Assembly (NCBI RefSeq): GCF_001194135.2
Contig: NC_068995.1
Location: 136,296 to 200,295 of the forward strand
Length of the DNA stretch: 64,000 nucleotides
Source of the DNA: Octopus bimaculoides
Lineage: Eukaryota
Direction of reading: 5' to 3'
In this document: positions 27,545 to 39,965 of the stretch, piece by piece
Numbering within the stretch: the first letter of the stretch is position 1
Layout: every line of letters starts with the position of its first letter
Translations under genes and position numbers: made by a program
The notes under the pieces: model-generated
What the model was told of the DNA's origin: nothing
The model's database searches: none
What the model saw: only the letters and a program-made list of their open reading frames with translations

Positions 27545-27787
27545 CTGAAGACAGATTTTAATAGCTGCGTCATCTCATGTACTGTTTCGTGCCACATTGT
27601 GGCGCAAATGTAGATTTTAGGCACAATTTGTTCTCGCTGCTTGCGCATGGGGTCAGTCGAATTGCTATCGATAGAAATATCATCAGATAAATTCCTGTTG
27701 GGCATGCGTTCCTTGTCATTTCGCCGTCGGTTAAGCAACAGAGATTGCTCAATGAATCCAGCACAGTAGAGTGGCAACATGAAGAGT
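27545..27787 (-). CDS. chs: Chitin synthase exon (CATMWHET motif)
   Basis: tcttgtccttcAG|A...TTCAG|gtaaa, 243 nt, phase 2 to 2. Encodes LFMLPLYCAGFIEQSLLLNRRRND...[24 protein letters not shown]. Confidence 0.95.
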
Positions 27788-27819
27788 CTGAAGGACAAGA
27801 GAAAGAAAGAGAGATGTAA

Positions 27820-27856
<37 letters not shown>

Positions 27857-27918
27857 GGGAGAGAGAGAGAGAGANNNNNNNNNNNNNNNNNNNNNNNNNN
27901 NNNNNNNNNNNNNNNNNN

Positions 27919-27979
<61 letters not shown>

Positions 27980-28702
27980 TCTTGGAAGAATTATTTTGGC
28001 TGATACTTTCGGAAGGATATAGGTTGATAAAATCAAGTCGTTAAAGGTTGAGGTTGATTGTTATTAAGTAATGCTCTCCTTTCTTCAACATTGCTAGTCT
28101 TGTGCCTCAATCAGAACTAATTATTTAATTATTAATTGGCGGCAATCAGCGGAAATGTAACGAGAGTTCCTACATGACTGAGCCAGTTGAAGCCAGTTTT
28201 GATGACCTCGTTAACGTCACAAGATGGCGGACTTCCTACATCTTGTTCTAATTTCCGTAGAATATCTTCTCGTAGTATCCACCGCTATCCTATCCATTTC
28301 CCTTCATTCTTGCCCCGAAAGGTTCAAAAAGCTATGACGAAGACTCTATCGTAAAAACCGCACCTTGATACATCTATTTTTTTTTTTTACTTTTACTTTT
28401 GGATCTTGTTATTGAAAAACAATTTCAGAGTTCCAAATGCACTGCAGCAACAGTATCAACAACAACATGCACTATAAAAAGTACAGACTGCACTGGGACA
28501 ACAGAAACATGCACAGTAGAAACAGCAACATGCACAGTGGCAGAAGCATGTAGAATAGCGACTGAAACATGCACAACAAAGGCAAAAAAACATGCACTGA
28601 AATTATTGAACGCAGAGTCACAGTGCAACAATATGCACAGCAACAACGTGAACAAATAAAATCATTTGTAAATCAATGAAAATAAACACGAAGAGTACTT
28701 AC

Positions 28703-29919
28703 TTTTCTGTAAAGGCGAGTCGTGTTGCTTTAGGTGTCCAAATATATCTGGTGACCCACAACTGTGATACCCACCAAAGGCCAAACCCGATTCCCATATG
28801 CCAGATTAGCTTTTGTTTATCAGGCTCCGCTTCCATACCGGGCCATTGCAAGAATTCTTTGGTAAAAATATTGTTCGGTTTAATGTAATAAAACGATAAC
28901 AGCGTTCCAACCGCGACAGGCGTCGCCAAACAGAGTGGAGCTGCGAACGAGAATCTTTGCATGCACAGTTTGCAAGCAAGTCTAGCAAAATAATAACAAA
29001 GACCCGATGACACAATTTGGACGATCAACGGTAAGTATGTCATAAACTCTCTCCAGGCATCTTCTTGTTTGCTCCAGCAGAGTATCCAGGTTACGTCTGC
29101 AACATCAGTCACATTTGTACAGTTGATGGTTTTCTGTTGGGTGCTCTTATACTCGGTTACAGTACTACCTGTAAAGGGACTAATTGGTGCCCCAGTAGTC
29201 TTTAAAGTGCCATTTGAATGGACTGGTGTAGGAACTGTGGTGTTTATGTAGTTGTAAACCTCGTCTTGGAAAAGACTACCAAATGCTTTATGAACCAGAC
29301 TTAGATTGGGCATCAACAGAAAAGCGAAACCAAATGTCAGTCCGACCTTCCAAGCACTAACCAATATATAAGCCTTTACTCGTACTCTATAGAGAGTATC
29401 CTTGTACTCTTTCACACAGAATTCCCTAGAGCCGATCTTTATTGATTTATCCACAAAATTTTCCCACCATTTTACCGAAATGAGGATCAATGACACAGGA
29501 ACTTCCCATGTCATATTTGACAAAATGCTATCACTGTTGATGTCAGAAGTCGTGGGATCATCGCCATTTTGTTGTTGAGACCAGTGCTTCTTGTCGTTTT
29601 TGGGAAAATAAAGCCCGTATGTATTGCTGTTGTTGGTGTCAGTGACGCGAGGCGGGTCACGCATGCATGAGGTTTTCATAGAGGTGATGGCCACTACGAG
29701 AGCGGACAACTGCATGAGAACCGCCAGGAAATCAAAAACGATTGTGATTATCTTTCGTCTCGGATCCTCGGATCTTTTCGTAGCAAAAAGTCTGAAAATG
29801 GAAGGCATTTGGCAGACAGCGTTCATCAGCAATAGGCATCGTATTGTGTTTAAACATGGAAGCACTCTAAACAGGAACAGGCACAGCCCGAACGAATGTA
29901 ACGATTCGACTAACAGAAT
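28703..29919 (-). CDS. chs: Chitin synthase exon (N-terminal multi-TM domain A)
   Basis: ttttctcttcggcAG|ATT...GAAAA|gtaag, 1217 nt, phase 0 to 2. ILLVESLHSFGLCLFLFRVLP...WWENFVD...FARLACKLCMQRFSFAAPL...WVSQLWVTRYIW...LAFTEK; typical CHS N-terminal transmembrane region. Confidence 0.94.
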
Positions 29920-29961
29920 CTGCCGAAGAGAAAAATAGGAAAGAGGATAATAATAATAATA

Positions 29962-30077
29962 AAAATCCTTTCTATTATAGGTACAAGGCATGAAATTTGG
30001 GGGAGGGGGATTGTCGATTACATCGACCCCAGTACTCAACTGGTACTTAATTCATCGGCCCCGAAAGGATGAAAGGA
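29962..30077 (-). mobile_element. 5'-truncated SINE family B copy
   Basis: tctattataggtacaaggcatgaaatttggggg...gtcgattacatcgaccccagtactcaactggtacttaattcatcggccccgaaaggatgaaagg. Confidence 0.75.
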
Positions 30078-30127
30078 ATAATAATAATAATAATAACAAT
30101 AATAATGATGATGATGATGATGATGAT

Positions 30128-30500
30128 AATATGCCCTGATGCAGTACCAAGCAGTGGCTATCATGGCTTCTGATCTTAACTGATTGGAAGTTTTATCATG
30201 TACATGTTTTGTCTTGTAAAAGATGGGCTACAGCAAATATTCTGCTCAAGATTTGCTTGTCAGTTGTTTGACCTTAACCAGTTGAGCATGTCCCTTGGTG
30301 GCTGAGGATATGTGCATCTCTTATCACGAACAAGAGTAGTGGGGGAGAATCATAGTCATGTGTTGAGAGGAATTCTTTGGGGTTTGAATATTATTCAGGG
30401 ACCTTTTGAGCAGGATGGGTTACTCAACCTAAAGAAAATTCTAACTGGGCCCCACCTGCAAGGTCATGTGCTGCTCTCTCACTCAATAATGATAATAATA
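30128..30500. repeat. Repeat family C, internally deleted copy
   Basis: gccctgatgcagtaccaagcagtggc...gggccccacctgcaaggtcatgtgctg/ctctctcactcaataat. Confidence 0.8.
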
Positions 30501-30610
30501 ATAATGTATGTATTGTGTATGCATGTATGTGTACGTATGCATGCATGTATGTATTCATGTATGTCTGTGCGAATGTATGTGCGTGTGTGTGTGTATGCGT
30601 GCATATCACT

Positions 30611-30730
<120 letters not shown>

Positions 30731-30829
30731 CACTACACGCATTCACACACATAATGTATATCTATTTGTGCATTTGCGCATGTATATGCGTATGTGGTGT
30801 GGAAAAGGGAAATAAAGGAGTCTACTTAC

Positions 30830-30967
30830 CCAGATCATGTTTCCTATGGAAGGCCGGGGTATATTGCCAAACATGGCTTTAAACAAACATTCTAGGAACA
30901 TCACAACATAGGGTACACACAAGGTACATATTACCAGGTACACCCACCTGTCTCGGGACTCTGAGCT
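30830..30967 (-). CDS. chs: Chitin synthase exon (N-terminal TM helix)
   Basis: ttttccccaatttttAG|AGC...TGG|gtaag, 138 nt, phase 0 to 0. Encodes SSESRDRWVYLVICTLCVPYVVMFLECLFKAMFGNIPRPSIGNMIW. Confidence 0.9.
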
Positions 30968-31847
30968 CTAAAAATTGGGGAAAAATACAATAGTAACAAC
31001 AACAACAATAAAAACGATAACAACAATTACTACTACTACTACTACTAAAGTGAAATCTACCGTGCAAAGCTTGCAAGCAAACTGAACGTGAACTGTGCAT
31101 GCTTTCGAACTGACGTGGGTGCACAGTGACTGCTAATAAAATATTAACAATAATAACAACAACAACAATAACTTGGATTTGTATGTGTCACTGTGAAAAA
31201 TAACTGCCAAATCTCTCTCAAACCAAACTCCAATGCCATAAAAAAGAAAGGACACATTCCTTCCTTAAGACATAGGAACCTTTAAAACAAAGAATGGTAC
31301 ATTGGATAGGGAAGTCCTAGAAAACCGCAACTTGATACATTAAAATATCGGTCTTCCCACTGAAAATCGGCTTTGGGCTAAACGTCAACAATTTTCTTAT
31401 TTAATTGGCAGTGTGTCTTCTTATCAATGTTTGTCCGTCTCGCTGATATCTGTATCAAAAGCAATTGACTGCTATAATACTTTCACTTAATTAATGTGCA
31501 TATATTTGATCATTTTTGGACGTTTTATACATCATCTCTTTTTATAAGGATATATTATACCTGTACATAGGTATAACAGGATAAAATTTGAACAAGTAGC
31601 TGCAAGGCATCAAGTCATTGATAACATATTTATACAGAATTTATGTACACACACATACACACAGACAGTTATATCTATCTATCTATCTATCTACACAGAA
31701 ACACAAAATAAATATAGTAGGAAGCCAAAGAGATCCAGAGCGTGTAAGTTCATTTTGATCCGGCGGAGACAGGTACATTAATGTCGTGGTGTGTGTGTGT
31801 GTGCATTCCTACGTATTTTGTTGTTCTATAGAAAATTTTTATCTCAC

Positions 31848-32055
31848 CTGGTTTTTTTTCCCAATAGCTCTGGTCATGATGAGAAGACTTCCTTTGCTAG
31901 CCAAGGCACTTCCCATCACACACACGAAAAGAAACACAAACGTAAAAATCTTGAAAGTCTTCGCTGCCAACTCGAACCAGTTCGTCGTTGATTCGTAAAT
32001 AGTCTCGTTTTTCCGTGATACTGTCTTAAACACATCCCATGGCTGGTTAGTAGAC
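31848..32055 (-). CDS. chs: Chitin synthase exon (WDVF motif, first TM helix)
   Basis: atacattacAG|G...CAG|gtgag, 208 nt, phase 2 to 0. Encodes STNQPWDVFKTVSRKNETIYESTTNWFELAAKTFKIFTFVFLFVCVMGSALASKGSLLIMTRAIGKKNQ. Confidence 0.92.
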
Positions 32056-32096
32056 CTGTAATGTATATATAAAAATATATATGTGTGTGTGTGTTT

Positions 32097-32130
<34 letters not shown>

Positions 32131-32646
32131 AAAGTAAACAGAAAATGGAGAAATATTGATCAACAACAATTGACTTACATCAATTATTATTTTTTAAATT
32201 CAATAGATGGAGCTTCATGTCCCACATTGGATTTATTACCAAACATGATGAATATTATTTGTAGAATATGAATGGCAACACCGTATAAGATTGGAAGCAG
32301 AAACAACTGTTAGATGGGATGCAGTCTATTTGAATTGAATTAATAAATAATAATTAATGTAAGTCAATTGTTGTTGATTAATATTTCTCCATTTTCTGTT
32401 TACTTTAAATTTGATTCTTGATAAACTCATGTTTATCTTTGTCATTGCCTTATTTATGTGTGTGTGTATTCGATATATCACACATACATCTATTATAGGC
32501 AATATAACATGCATTTATGCAACACAAATTGCACCATTATCCCAACTCCAACCACGATAATGCAAATCCTATCCTTCCCAACTGAAAGGAACCAGAAAGA
32601 CACAAAGAAATGAAACAAATATATATATATATATATATATACTAAC

Positions 32647-32993
32647 GTATTATTGACTTTCGGTCCGTTAGTTAGGGTGGAGAGGCTGGTGGTGGTGGTT
32701 GACTGAGAAGTTATGGAAGCTGAAATCTGCGAAGGTCTGCGAGGCCGTTGTTTCTTTTGGATGTTGGGTCGAAGTTCATCGATTTCGTCCTCGCTGGCCG
32801 CTGTACTAATTTGACCATTGCTGCTGTCGTCAAGGAAACGTTTGTTGGTTTTGCCCCTCTTCTTGTGATGCATCATCGCTTCATCTAACTGTGCATATTT
32901 ATCTGTCGAACTGTCACTCATTATCGGTGGTATATTGGAATCTTTCTTGCTGAGTTCAATCCCAGTAATGGACGATGGAAGATTTTTGATAAT
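32647..32993 (-). CDS. chs: Chitin synthase N-terminal linker exon (low-complexity, cytoplasmic)
   Basis: tttatgcatttaccAG|ATT...AATAC|gttag, 347 nt, phase 0 to 2, matching the next exon. Open throughout (IIKNLPSSITG...MSDSSTDKY...KVNNT). Contains an in-frame ATG at 32921. Confidence 0.8.
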
Positions 32994-33256
32994 CTGGTAA
33001 ATGCATAAAGAAATAGATATATTGCTTAATTATTGCTTAAATACACAAATTAATAAATAATGGATAAATGATAAACCCAAAAATTTCATAGAAAATATAT
33101 AATTTTCCCTGCTTTGATACATACATACATACATTATATATATATTATACGTATACATTCATATCAACACACACACATACATACATGTGTATGTATGTGT
33201 GTAGACCAAACAGACCTGAATGAGGCCAGAGCTGGGCGATGTCGGACATGACTTAC

Positions 33257-33394
33257 ATTATTTATTGAAACCGATAAAAAAGAACTGAGTGACCTTGCTG
33301 TGAGGACAGGAAAATCCAAAGTTTCGGACACTTTTCCTTCAGAATAAAGAAGTACTCTATCCGAAAGGTTGCATTTTCTATTCTTCACAGCAGC
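33257..33394 (-). CDS. Probable linker exon of the myosin-chitin synthase gene (5' boundary uncertain)
   Basis: Perfect donor AAT|gtaagt at 33257/33256, phase 0, fits exon 32993. Possible acceptors: 33403 or 33394 (phase 0, weak, would join the IQ exon directly) or 33297 (strong pyrimidine tract, phase 1, 41-nt exon, needs an unseen partner). Confidence 0.45.
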
Positions 33395-34892
33395 CTGACT
33401 GTACTAATTGCTATATATATATATATATATATATAGCAATAAGAAAATGGAGGGGATCAAGAGGTGGTATTCATCAACTTATAGACATTATATTATGTCT
33501 ATTTATAAAATATAAAAATACCAGTAATTATTAAAATATATAACGTAGGACATAGAAAATAGGATAAAATGTTACAGCTGTTTCAGCCAAGAGGCCAAAG
33601 TACTCCACTCTACTTTTATCCCTTCAGTGAACTGAAGTATTTGGTAGATAAGATTAAGGTAGTTGGGTGTGTCTCTGGGCTTCGTCAGAGAGTTTAGGAA
33701 GTTTATAAGGTTCAGTTATAAATATAAATACATACATATATACATATTTCTACACATACACACATATATCTGTATATGTGTTTATGTATATGTAAAAAAC
33801 TCAACCTTATGAACTTTCTAAACTCTACTACTACTACTACTACTTTTATTATTATTATTATTATTATTATTAGTAGTAGTAGTAGTATCAAAGCATGTAG
33901 TAATAGCGCTCAGCAACAGACTTATGATGTTGAATGCTGTGTTTTGGGGATAGTTGTATCATTATTGCTGGTAATTCTCAGGTCAACTGATTTGTTTGTT
34001 ATTTTGGTCATTCGCCTATTTAGAAATGTGATTGAAATTTCCCTCCAATCACACCGTAACGCCATAGAAATCGAAGACTACAGTGAGAGGGTGTGATGGA
34101 GTCCTAGATATACGAAGGCTAAGGAAAAGATCCAATGTCATGGCTGGGTGGGATACCTTTGAAAGTAAATCTGATCAACTAAGGCTGACCCGGGGATTAA
34201 AAACAACGACAGCAAAAATAGAGACATTGCAACTAGTTTGAACCAGTTTGATGGCGTGATTTGAATGAGAGACAGGCAGGTAGGTAGGTCGGTTTGTCGG
34301 TTGGGAACGTATTGTTATTATGAAAGTTTCGAAAAATCAAAAAAAAAAAATCATCTGAATCAGTAAAAAAAGAAAAAAAAACAACAAAGAACGGGTGGCA
34401 ATAGCAGGTGGCTCCATCTACAGAAACTGGTCAAACAAGGTTGACAGCATTCGCTCAGNNNNNNNNNNNNNNNNNNNNNNNNNNNNNNNNNNNNNNNNNN
34501 NNNNNNNNNNNNNNNNNNNNNNNNNNNNNNNNNNNNNNNNNNNNNNNNNNNNNNNNNNNNNNNNNNNNNNNNNNNNNNNNNNNNNNNNNNNNNNNNNNNN
34601 NNNNNNNNNNNNNNNNNNNNNNNNNNNNNNNNNNNNNNNNNNNNNNNNNNNNNNNNNNNNNNNNNNNNNNNNNNNNNNNNNNNNNNNNNNNNNNNNNNNN
34701 NNNNNNNNNNNNNNNNNNNNNNNNNNNNNNNNNNNNNNNNNNNNNNNNNNNNNNNNNNNNNNNNNNNNNNNNNNNNNNNNNNNNNNNNNNNNNNNNNNNN
34801 NNNNNNNNNNNNNNNNNNNNNNNNNNNNNNNNNNNNNNNNNNNNNNNNNNNNNNNNNNNNNNNNNNNNNNNNNNNNNNNNNNNNNNNNNTTT

Positions 34893-35094
34893 TAATCATT
34901 AGACTGCGGCCATGCTGGGTCATTGCCTTGAAGAACTTTCCATCGAATGAATGAACTGCAACTTATTCTATCGTTTGTTTTTACCGAACCTCTAGATTAC
35001 GAGGACGTAAACAAGCACCACTTGTTAAGCGGTGTTGGGTACAAACACAGAAAGGCACAAGCATACGCGTGCCACACAAACATATATACAATAC

Positions 35095-35140
<46 letters not shown>

Positions 35141-35312
35141 ACGAGCTTCTTGCAGTTTCAATGAGTTTCCGTCTACCAAATGCACTCACAAGGTTTTGAA
35201 CGGCCCGAGGCTATAGTAGAAGACACTTGCCCAAATTGACATGCAGTGGAACTGAACCCGGAGCCATGTGATTGGGAAGTGAGCTTCTTACCACACAGCT
35301 ACACCTGCGCCA
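34893..35312 (-). mobile_element. SINE family A copy with internal CA/TA microsatellite
   Basis: Tail (cattagactgcggccatgctgg) and head (gctatagtagaagacacttgccc...gaacccggagccatgtg) both match family A. Confidence 0.75.
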
Positions 35313-36164
35313 GTACATAAATATATTGATACATAGATACACACACACACACACACATACATCTATCTTGGCAGTCAACTCAGTAATGGGCGTGACCGCT
35401 GACAAGCAAAAGGAAAAATGAACTTTTTTTTCTTTGTTTCGCTGATTAATCTGCAGCGTTTTCCCAAACAGTTCCAGAAATGCTTCTTCTTCGTTAAAAG
35501 CCATGCAAAGTCATAGCAATTAACATTCTGTAGAAACGACATTTATCCGTTCAGATTGCCAACACAAAGACATCTTTTGCACAATTGGCTGATATATGTT
35601 CTTTCAAATGCTAATAATCTATTATTAGTTTGCTTTCGTTCATATGACCTTGATTGGCTCACAAGACAGGTTTTAGAGAAATAAACTCGACAAGAAATTG
35701 AGCGTTCGACGGGAATATTAATATCGAAGCGCTTCCTTTCTTTTTGTTTCAATTTTACGATTCCCTTCAAAGTTATTGAAGGCAATAAGTATATTTTCGT
35801 CCTCATGAGACCCTATCAACTGCATCTTTTTTCTCAAACTTGCCGCAAGAATATCACCCAATTTTCATGGATCAGACTCAAGGCAGCGTTTGTATCTTAA
35901 TTTGTCTGCTAGGGAATTATTTCTCAGAAAGTAGTTCCCTATAAACAACTGGCTGTTGACACTTTTCTTGTTTCAGATGAACTAAAAAGCGTTTACATCT
36001 TAGTCTGTTATGTTGTAAGTGAGCTTCCATACTAAAAACGGGCGGCGAAGGGGTAGAGTTGTTTGCGCAGTGTTTGTTCCAGCTGTCAATTCCCGCTTAG
36101 TCAACTTTGCCTTTCATCCTTCTAATCCGAAGTCGTGAATTGGCAATTCACACACACACACATA

Positions 36165-36301
36165 TATGTCTATCGATCTCGAAGGAATGAAAGGCAAAGC
36201 CGATCTTGGCAGAGTTTGAACGCAGAACCGAAATTCGAACGAAATGCCGCTTGGGTATTTTGTTCGGCGTGTTAACGATATTCTGCAAGCTCGCCGCCTT
36301 A
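36165..36301 (-). mobile_element. SINE family B copy (5' part)
   Basis: gaaggaatgaaaggcaaagccgatcttggcagagtttgaacgcagaac...gctcgccgcctta. Confidence 0.7.
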
Positions 36302-36719
36302 GACATGTCGAAAATATATTGTGAAGCAGTCATTGAAGCCACTTAGAAACTTATTATAATTCCGACTCAACGCATAGAGTTTGCATTTGTGTGTAAGAAC
36401 GCCGTGTTTTGGTGCCACGTGAATTGCCGTTCGATAAAGCCAACAGAAAATGTAAATGTTCACAATGGTGAAATTTCAGAGCCGAGGGTACTTTATTTTT
36501 ATGCCCTTTTTATATTTTGTTAAATTACAGGAAGTGGTTTTTGTTTTGGTGGTGGAGCATGTGACAAGTGTCAGGCAGCAAGGCTCTGCTGCAGCTCATA
36601 TTTATTTTATTTTTGAACCCTAGGACTTGTGAGGCTGGTTACATGGTTTCCATAGTGTATAAATGTGCGGAATCAAAATATTCCTCATGAACGGACGCCG
36701 GTTCGTTACAGGGTTCAAG

Positions 36720-36908
36720 GCGAATAATTCGGAGGGGACGAGTCGATGATGTTGACCCCAGTAGTTGACTGGTATTTCATTTTATCGAACTCGAAGAAAT
36801 GAAAGGAAAATTTGATTTCAGCGGAATTTGAAATCAGAACGTAAAGGACCGAGAGAAACGTTGTTAAGCATTTTGCTCAATGCGCTGACGATCCTGAAAG
36901 TTGAACGC
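36720..36908 (-). mobile_element. SINE family B copy
   Basis: gtcgatgatgttgaccccagtagttgactggtatttcattttatcgaactcgaagaaatgaaagg...ggaatttgaaatcagaacg. Confidence 0.7.
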
Positions 36909-37386
36909 CATCTTTCTACTTTTCCAGTAGAAAGCAAACCTTGAAAACCGTGAAACGGATTTCTTTGGAAAAATGGCTTTGCTTTCTGTTGGTATAATTA
37001 CAGAGAAAAACCAAGATATATCGATGGATGAAATTTATATAAAAACGAAAAAAGAACACAGTTCTGAAGGGAAACATTATGAGGTTCTGTTATTATAGGA
37101 TTTCCAAACCGTTGAGAAAGAAATGTTCTGGAATCGAAATCGAGACCGGATTGCAAGATCTTTCCCACTTGTTTTACGCTTCTTGCGACATTTATGTTAA
37201 TAAGGTACAACATACTTCGGACTAGGACTATGGATACTTGTTGTGCGCATTTAAGGAATATATACACACATGCATACATACATGTGTATGTATATATTAT
37301 ACACACACACTCGCATACATATATGTATACATTTACAAAGGTATATATATATATATTATATATGCCTACATACAATGCATGCGATT

Positions 37387-37427
<41 letters not shown>

Positions 37428-37461
37428 CGTGCGTGCGTGTGTGTGTGTGTGTGTGTGTGTG

Positions 37462-37625
37462 TCACCCATCACCGCTTGACAACAGATGCTGGTATGTTTA
37501 CGTCCCCATAAATTAGCGGTTCATAAAAAAACAGAATAAGTTCTAGGTTTAAGAGATTAATCCCAGGGTCGATTTGAAGGTGATGCTGCAGTATGGCCGT
37601 AGTCAAATGACTGAAACAAGTAAAA

Positions 37626-37628
<3 letters not shown>
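37462..37628 (+). mobile_element. SINE family A, 3' part, plus strand
   Basis: ...ccagggtcgatttg...cagtatggccgtagtcaaatgactgaaacaagtaaaag is the reverse complement of the family A tail. Confidence 0.7.
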
Positions 37629-37675
<47 letters not shown>

Positions 37676-38054
37676 GTATGTATGTACNNNNNNNNNNNNN
37701 NNNNNNNNNNNNNNNNNNNNNNNNNNNNNNNNNNNNNNNNNNNNNNNNNNNNNNNNNNNNNNNNNNNNNNNNNNNNNNNNNNNNNNNNNNNNNNNNNNNN
37801 NNNNNNNNNNNNNNNNNNNNNNNNNNNNNNNNNNNNNNNNNNNNNNNNNNNNNNNNNNNNNNNNNNNNNNNNNNNNNNNNNNNNNNNNNNNNNNNNNNNN
37901 NNNNNNNNNNNNNNNNNNNNNNNNNNNNNNNNNNNNNNNNNNNNNNNNNNNNNNNNNNNNNNNNNNNNNNNNNNNNNNNNNNNNNNNNNNNNNNNNNNNN
38001 NNNNNNNNNNNNNNNNNNNNNNNNNNNNNNNNNNNNNNNNNNNNNNNNAAAAGT

Positions 38055-38128
<74 letters not shown>

Positions 38129-38708
38129 GTATGTATGTACAATACGTTTATATAGAAACAATTCGCTATAAACTGTTGGAGTCTTCTAATGTCTGTCTCT
38201 TTCTCTCAGTAAGTCTTTCTGTCTCTGCTTCTACGAGGAAATCTTTCTGTCTCTAAGTATCGACAAGTTCTTCAAACATACTTTTGTAGATGTGGCCCGC
38301 GAGCGTTTTGGGACGTAATTTTTGTTTATGTACAAGATCGAGTTGCAGCCATTTTTGATGATATGAAAAACGAAAGGTTTTTTTTCTCTTCTTTATCTCT
38401 TGTTTCTCCGTGTTTTAATTTTAAGATTTTCTATGAACTGTTTTTTCTTAATCGTAGAAAATATTTTTAAACACACTCAAACAGGAAAATAACAAAACGG
38501 TGACAAAATTGATGCGGGTAAAATGAGACTGTCTTCCTTGCTTTTCGCCCCTTTTTTATCGCCTTTTAAAGGTTTCCCTTCTTTTTCTTTTCTTTAACGC
38601 CAAGTTTTATGGAATCTATAGACAATGTGAAGTGGCAAACGTCAAAAGACTTATTTTTCCAACCACGTTTGTAACAGAATATAAAAGAGCTGCGATGGCC
38701 AGTCAGTT

Positions 38709-38891
38709 ATATTATCCTTATAAATGAAAGAATCGCGTTGGTCATTCATTAATATTATCCTTATAAATGAAAGAATCGCGTTGGTCATTCATTAATATTA
38801 TCCTTATAAATGAAAGAATCGCGTTGGTCATTCATTAATATTATCCTTATAAATGAAAGAATCGCGTTGGTCATTCATTAATATTATCCTT
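38709..38891. repeat. 43-bp tandem repeat, four perfect copies plus a partial one
   Basis: atattatccttataaatgaaagaatcgcgttggtcattcatta at 38709, 38752, 38795 and 38838; partial at 38881. Confidence 0.95.
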
Positions 38892-38948
38892 CACAAATGA
38901 CATATACTGGTCAGCCAATAAAGTTATCCTTACGAATCAGAGAATTCT

Positions 38949-38983
<35 letters not shown>

Positions 38984-39409
38984 ATTTCCTCAGAATTGTA
39001 ATGGTCCCAAGAGAAGAAACTAGAGATGACCAAGACAGAGGCGGAGCGAAGGGTGTCTCTCTATGTGTGTGTGTAAGTATGCGTGTATGTGTCTGTGTGT
39101 GTGCGTACGTTGTTGCTGTTGCTGTTGTTGTTGTTGTTGCCCGTCTTTATAGAGATCGGGTTCAGCTGTGCCGTCTCCAGCAACGGCTGTGAAAGACTGC
39201 AACGTCCGGCTGAAGGGACACACACTGAGATACTTCGGTTTATGAGAAGGTAGTGGTGGTCGTAGTGGTGGAAGTAGTGGTGGTGGTGGTGGTGGTGGTG
39301 GTGGTGGTGAAAGGAAGGAGACGAAACTCTTTTAGCAAGGTTCAACGAGCGTCATTGGTGGTTTGTTGGTTTGTTTGTCGTTGTTGTTGGACGAATGTGA
39401 GAGGGAGAG

Positions 39410-39815
39410 AGAAAGAAAGAGAGAGAGAGAAGAAGAAGAGCGAGAGAGAGGGATATGGTGAAATATAGAAAGGGTATGTAGAGAAGAAGAGAGGAGGGAA
39501 TACAGAGGCGAGAGAGAGAGAGAGGGGGGGGGAGACGGAGAGAAGGAAATAAGGATAGGGACAGAACAGAAACAGAGGAGAGAGAAAGAGTAAGAGAGAG
39601 AGAGTAGAAAGGAGTAAGAGAGAGAGAGTAGAAAGGAGTAAGAGAGAGAGAGTAGGAGAGAGAAAGAGTAAGAGAGAGAAAGAGTAAGAGAGAGAGAGAG
39701 AGTAGAAAGGAGTAAGAGAGAGTAGGAAAGAGAAGGAGTAAGAGAGAGTAGGAAAGAGAAAGAGTAAGAGAGAGAGAGTAGAAAGGAGTAAGAGAGAATA
39801 GGAGAGAGAAAGAGT
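39410..39815. repeat. Purine-rich (GA)n / gagtaagagaga degenerate tandem array
   Basis: Repeated ggagtaagagagagagagtag(a/g)aa units, almost free of pyrimidines. Confidence 0.85.
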
Positions 39816-39915
39816 AAGATTTAGAGTTCAGGTGAGGAATGAAAAAAAAACAAAGAAAACTAAACATCAAAGAATGTTTGTGAAGAATGTTGAAGAGGAA
39901 AAAAGGTGGAAGTGT

Positions 39916-39965
<50 letters not shown>

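Noticed and set aside
28420-28659. Plus-strand ORF with Thr-Cys-Thr repeats (TTCTIKS, ETCTVET, ATCTVAE), superficially like insect antifreeze proteins
   Set aside because: It is a degenerate ~21-bp minisatellite (aacatgcac core) antisense in a CHS intron. The unit spacing goes out of frame (KKHALK), and there is no ATG, signal peptide or splice support.
35400-36060. Coding-like AT-rich stretch with short minus-strand ORFs
   Set aside because: Multiple stops, no motif recognised and no splice phase fitting the CHS model; possibly an old TE but not supportable.
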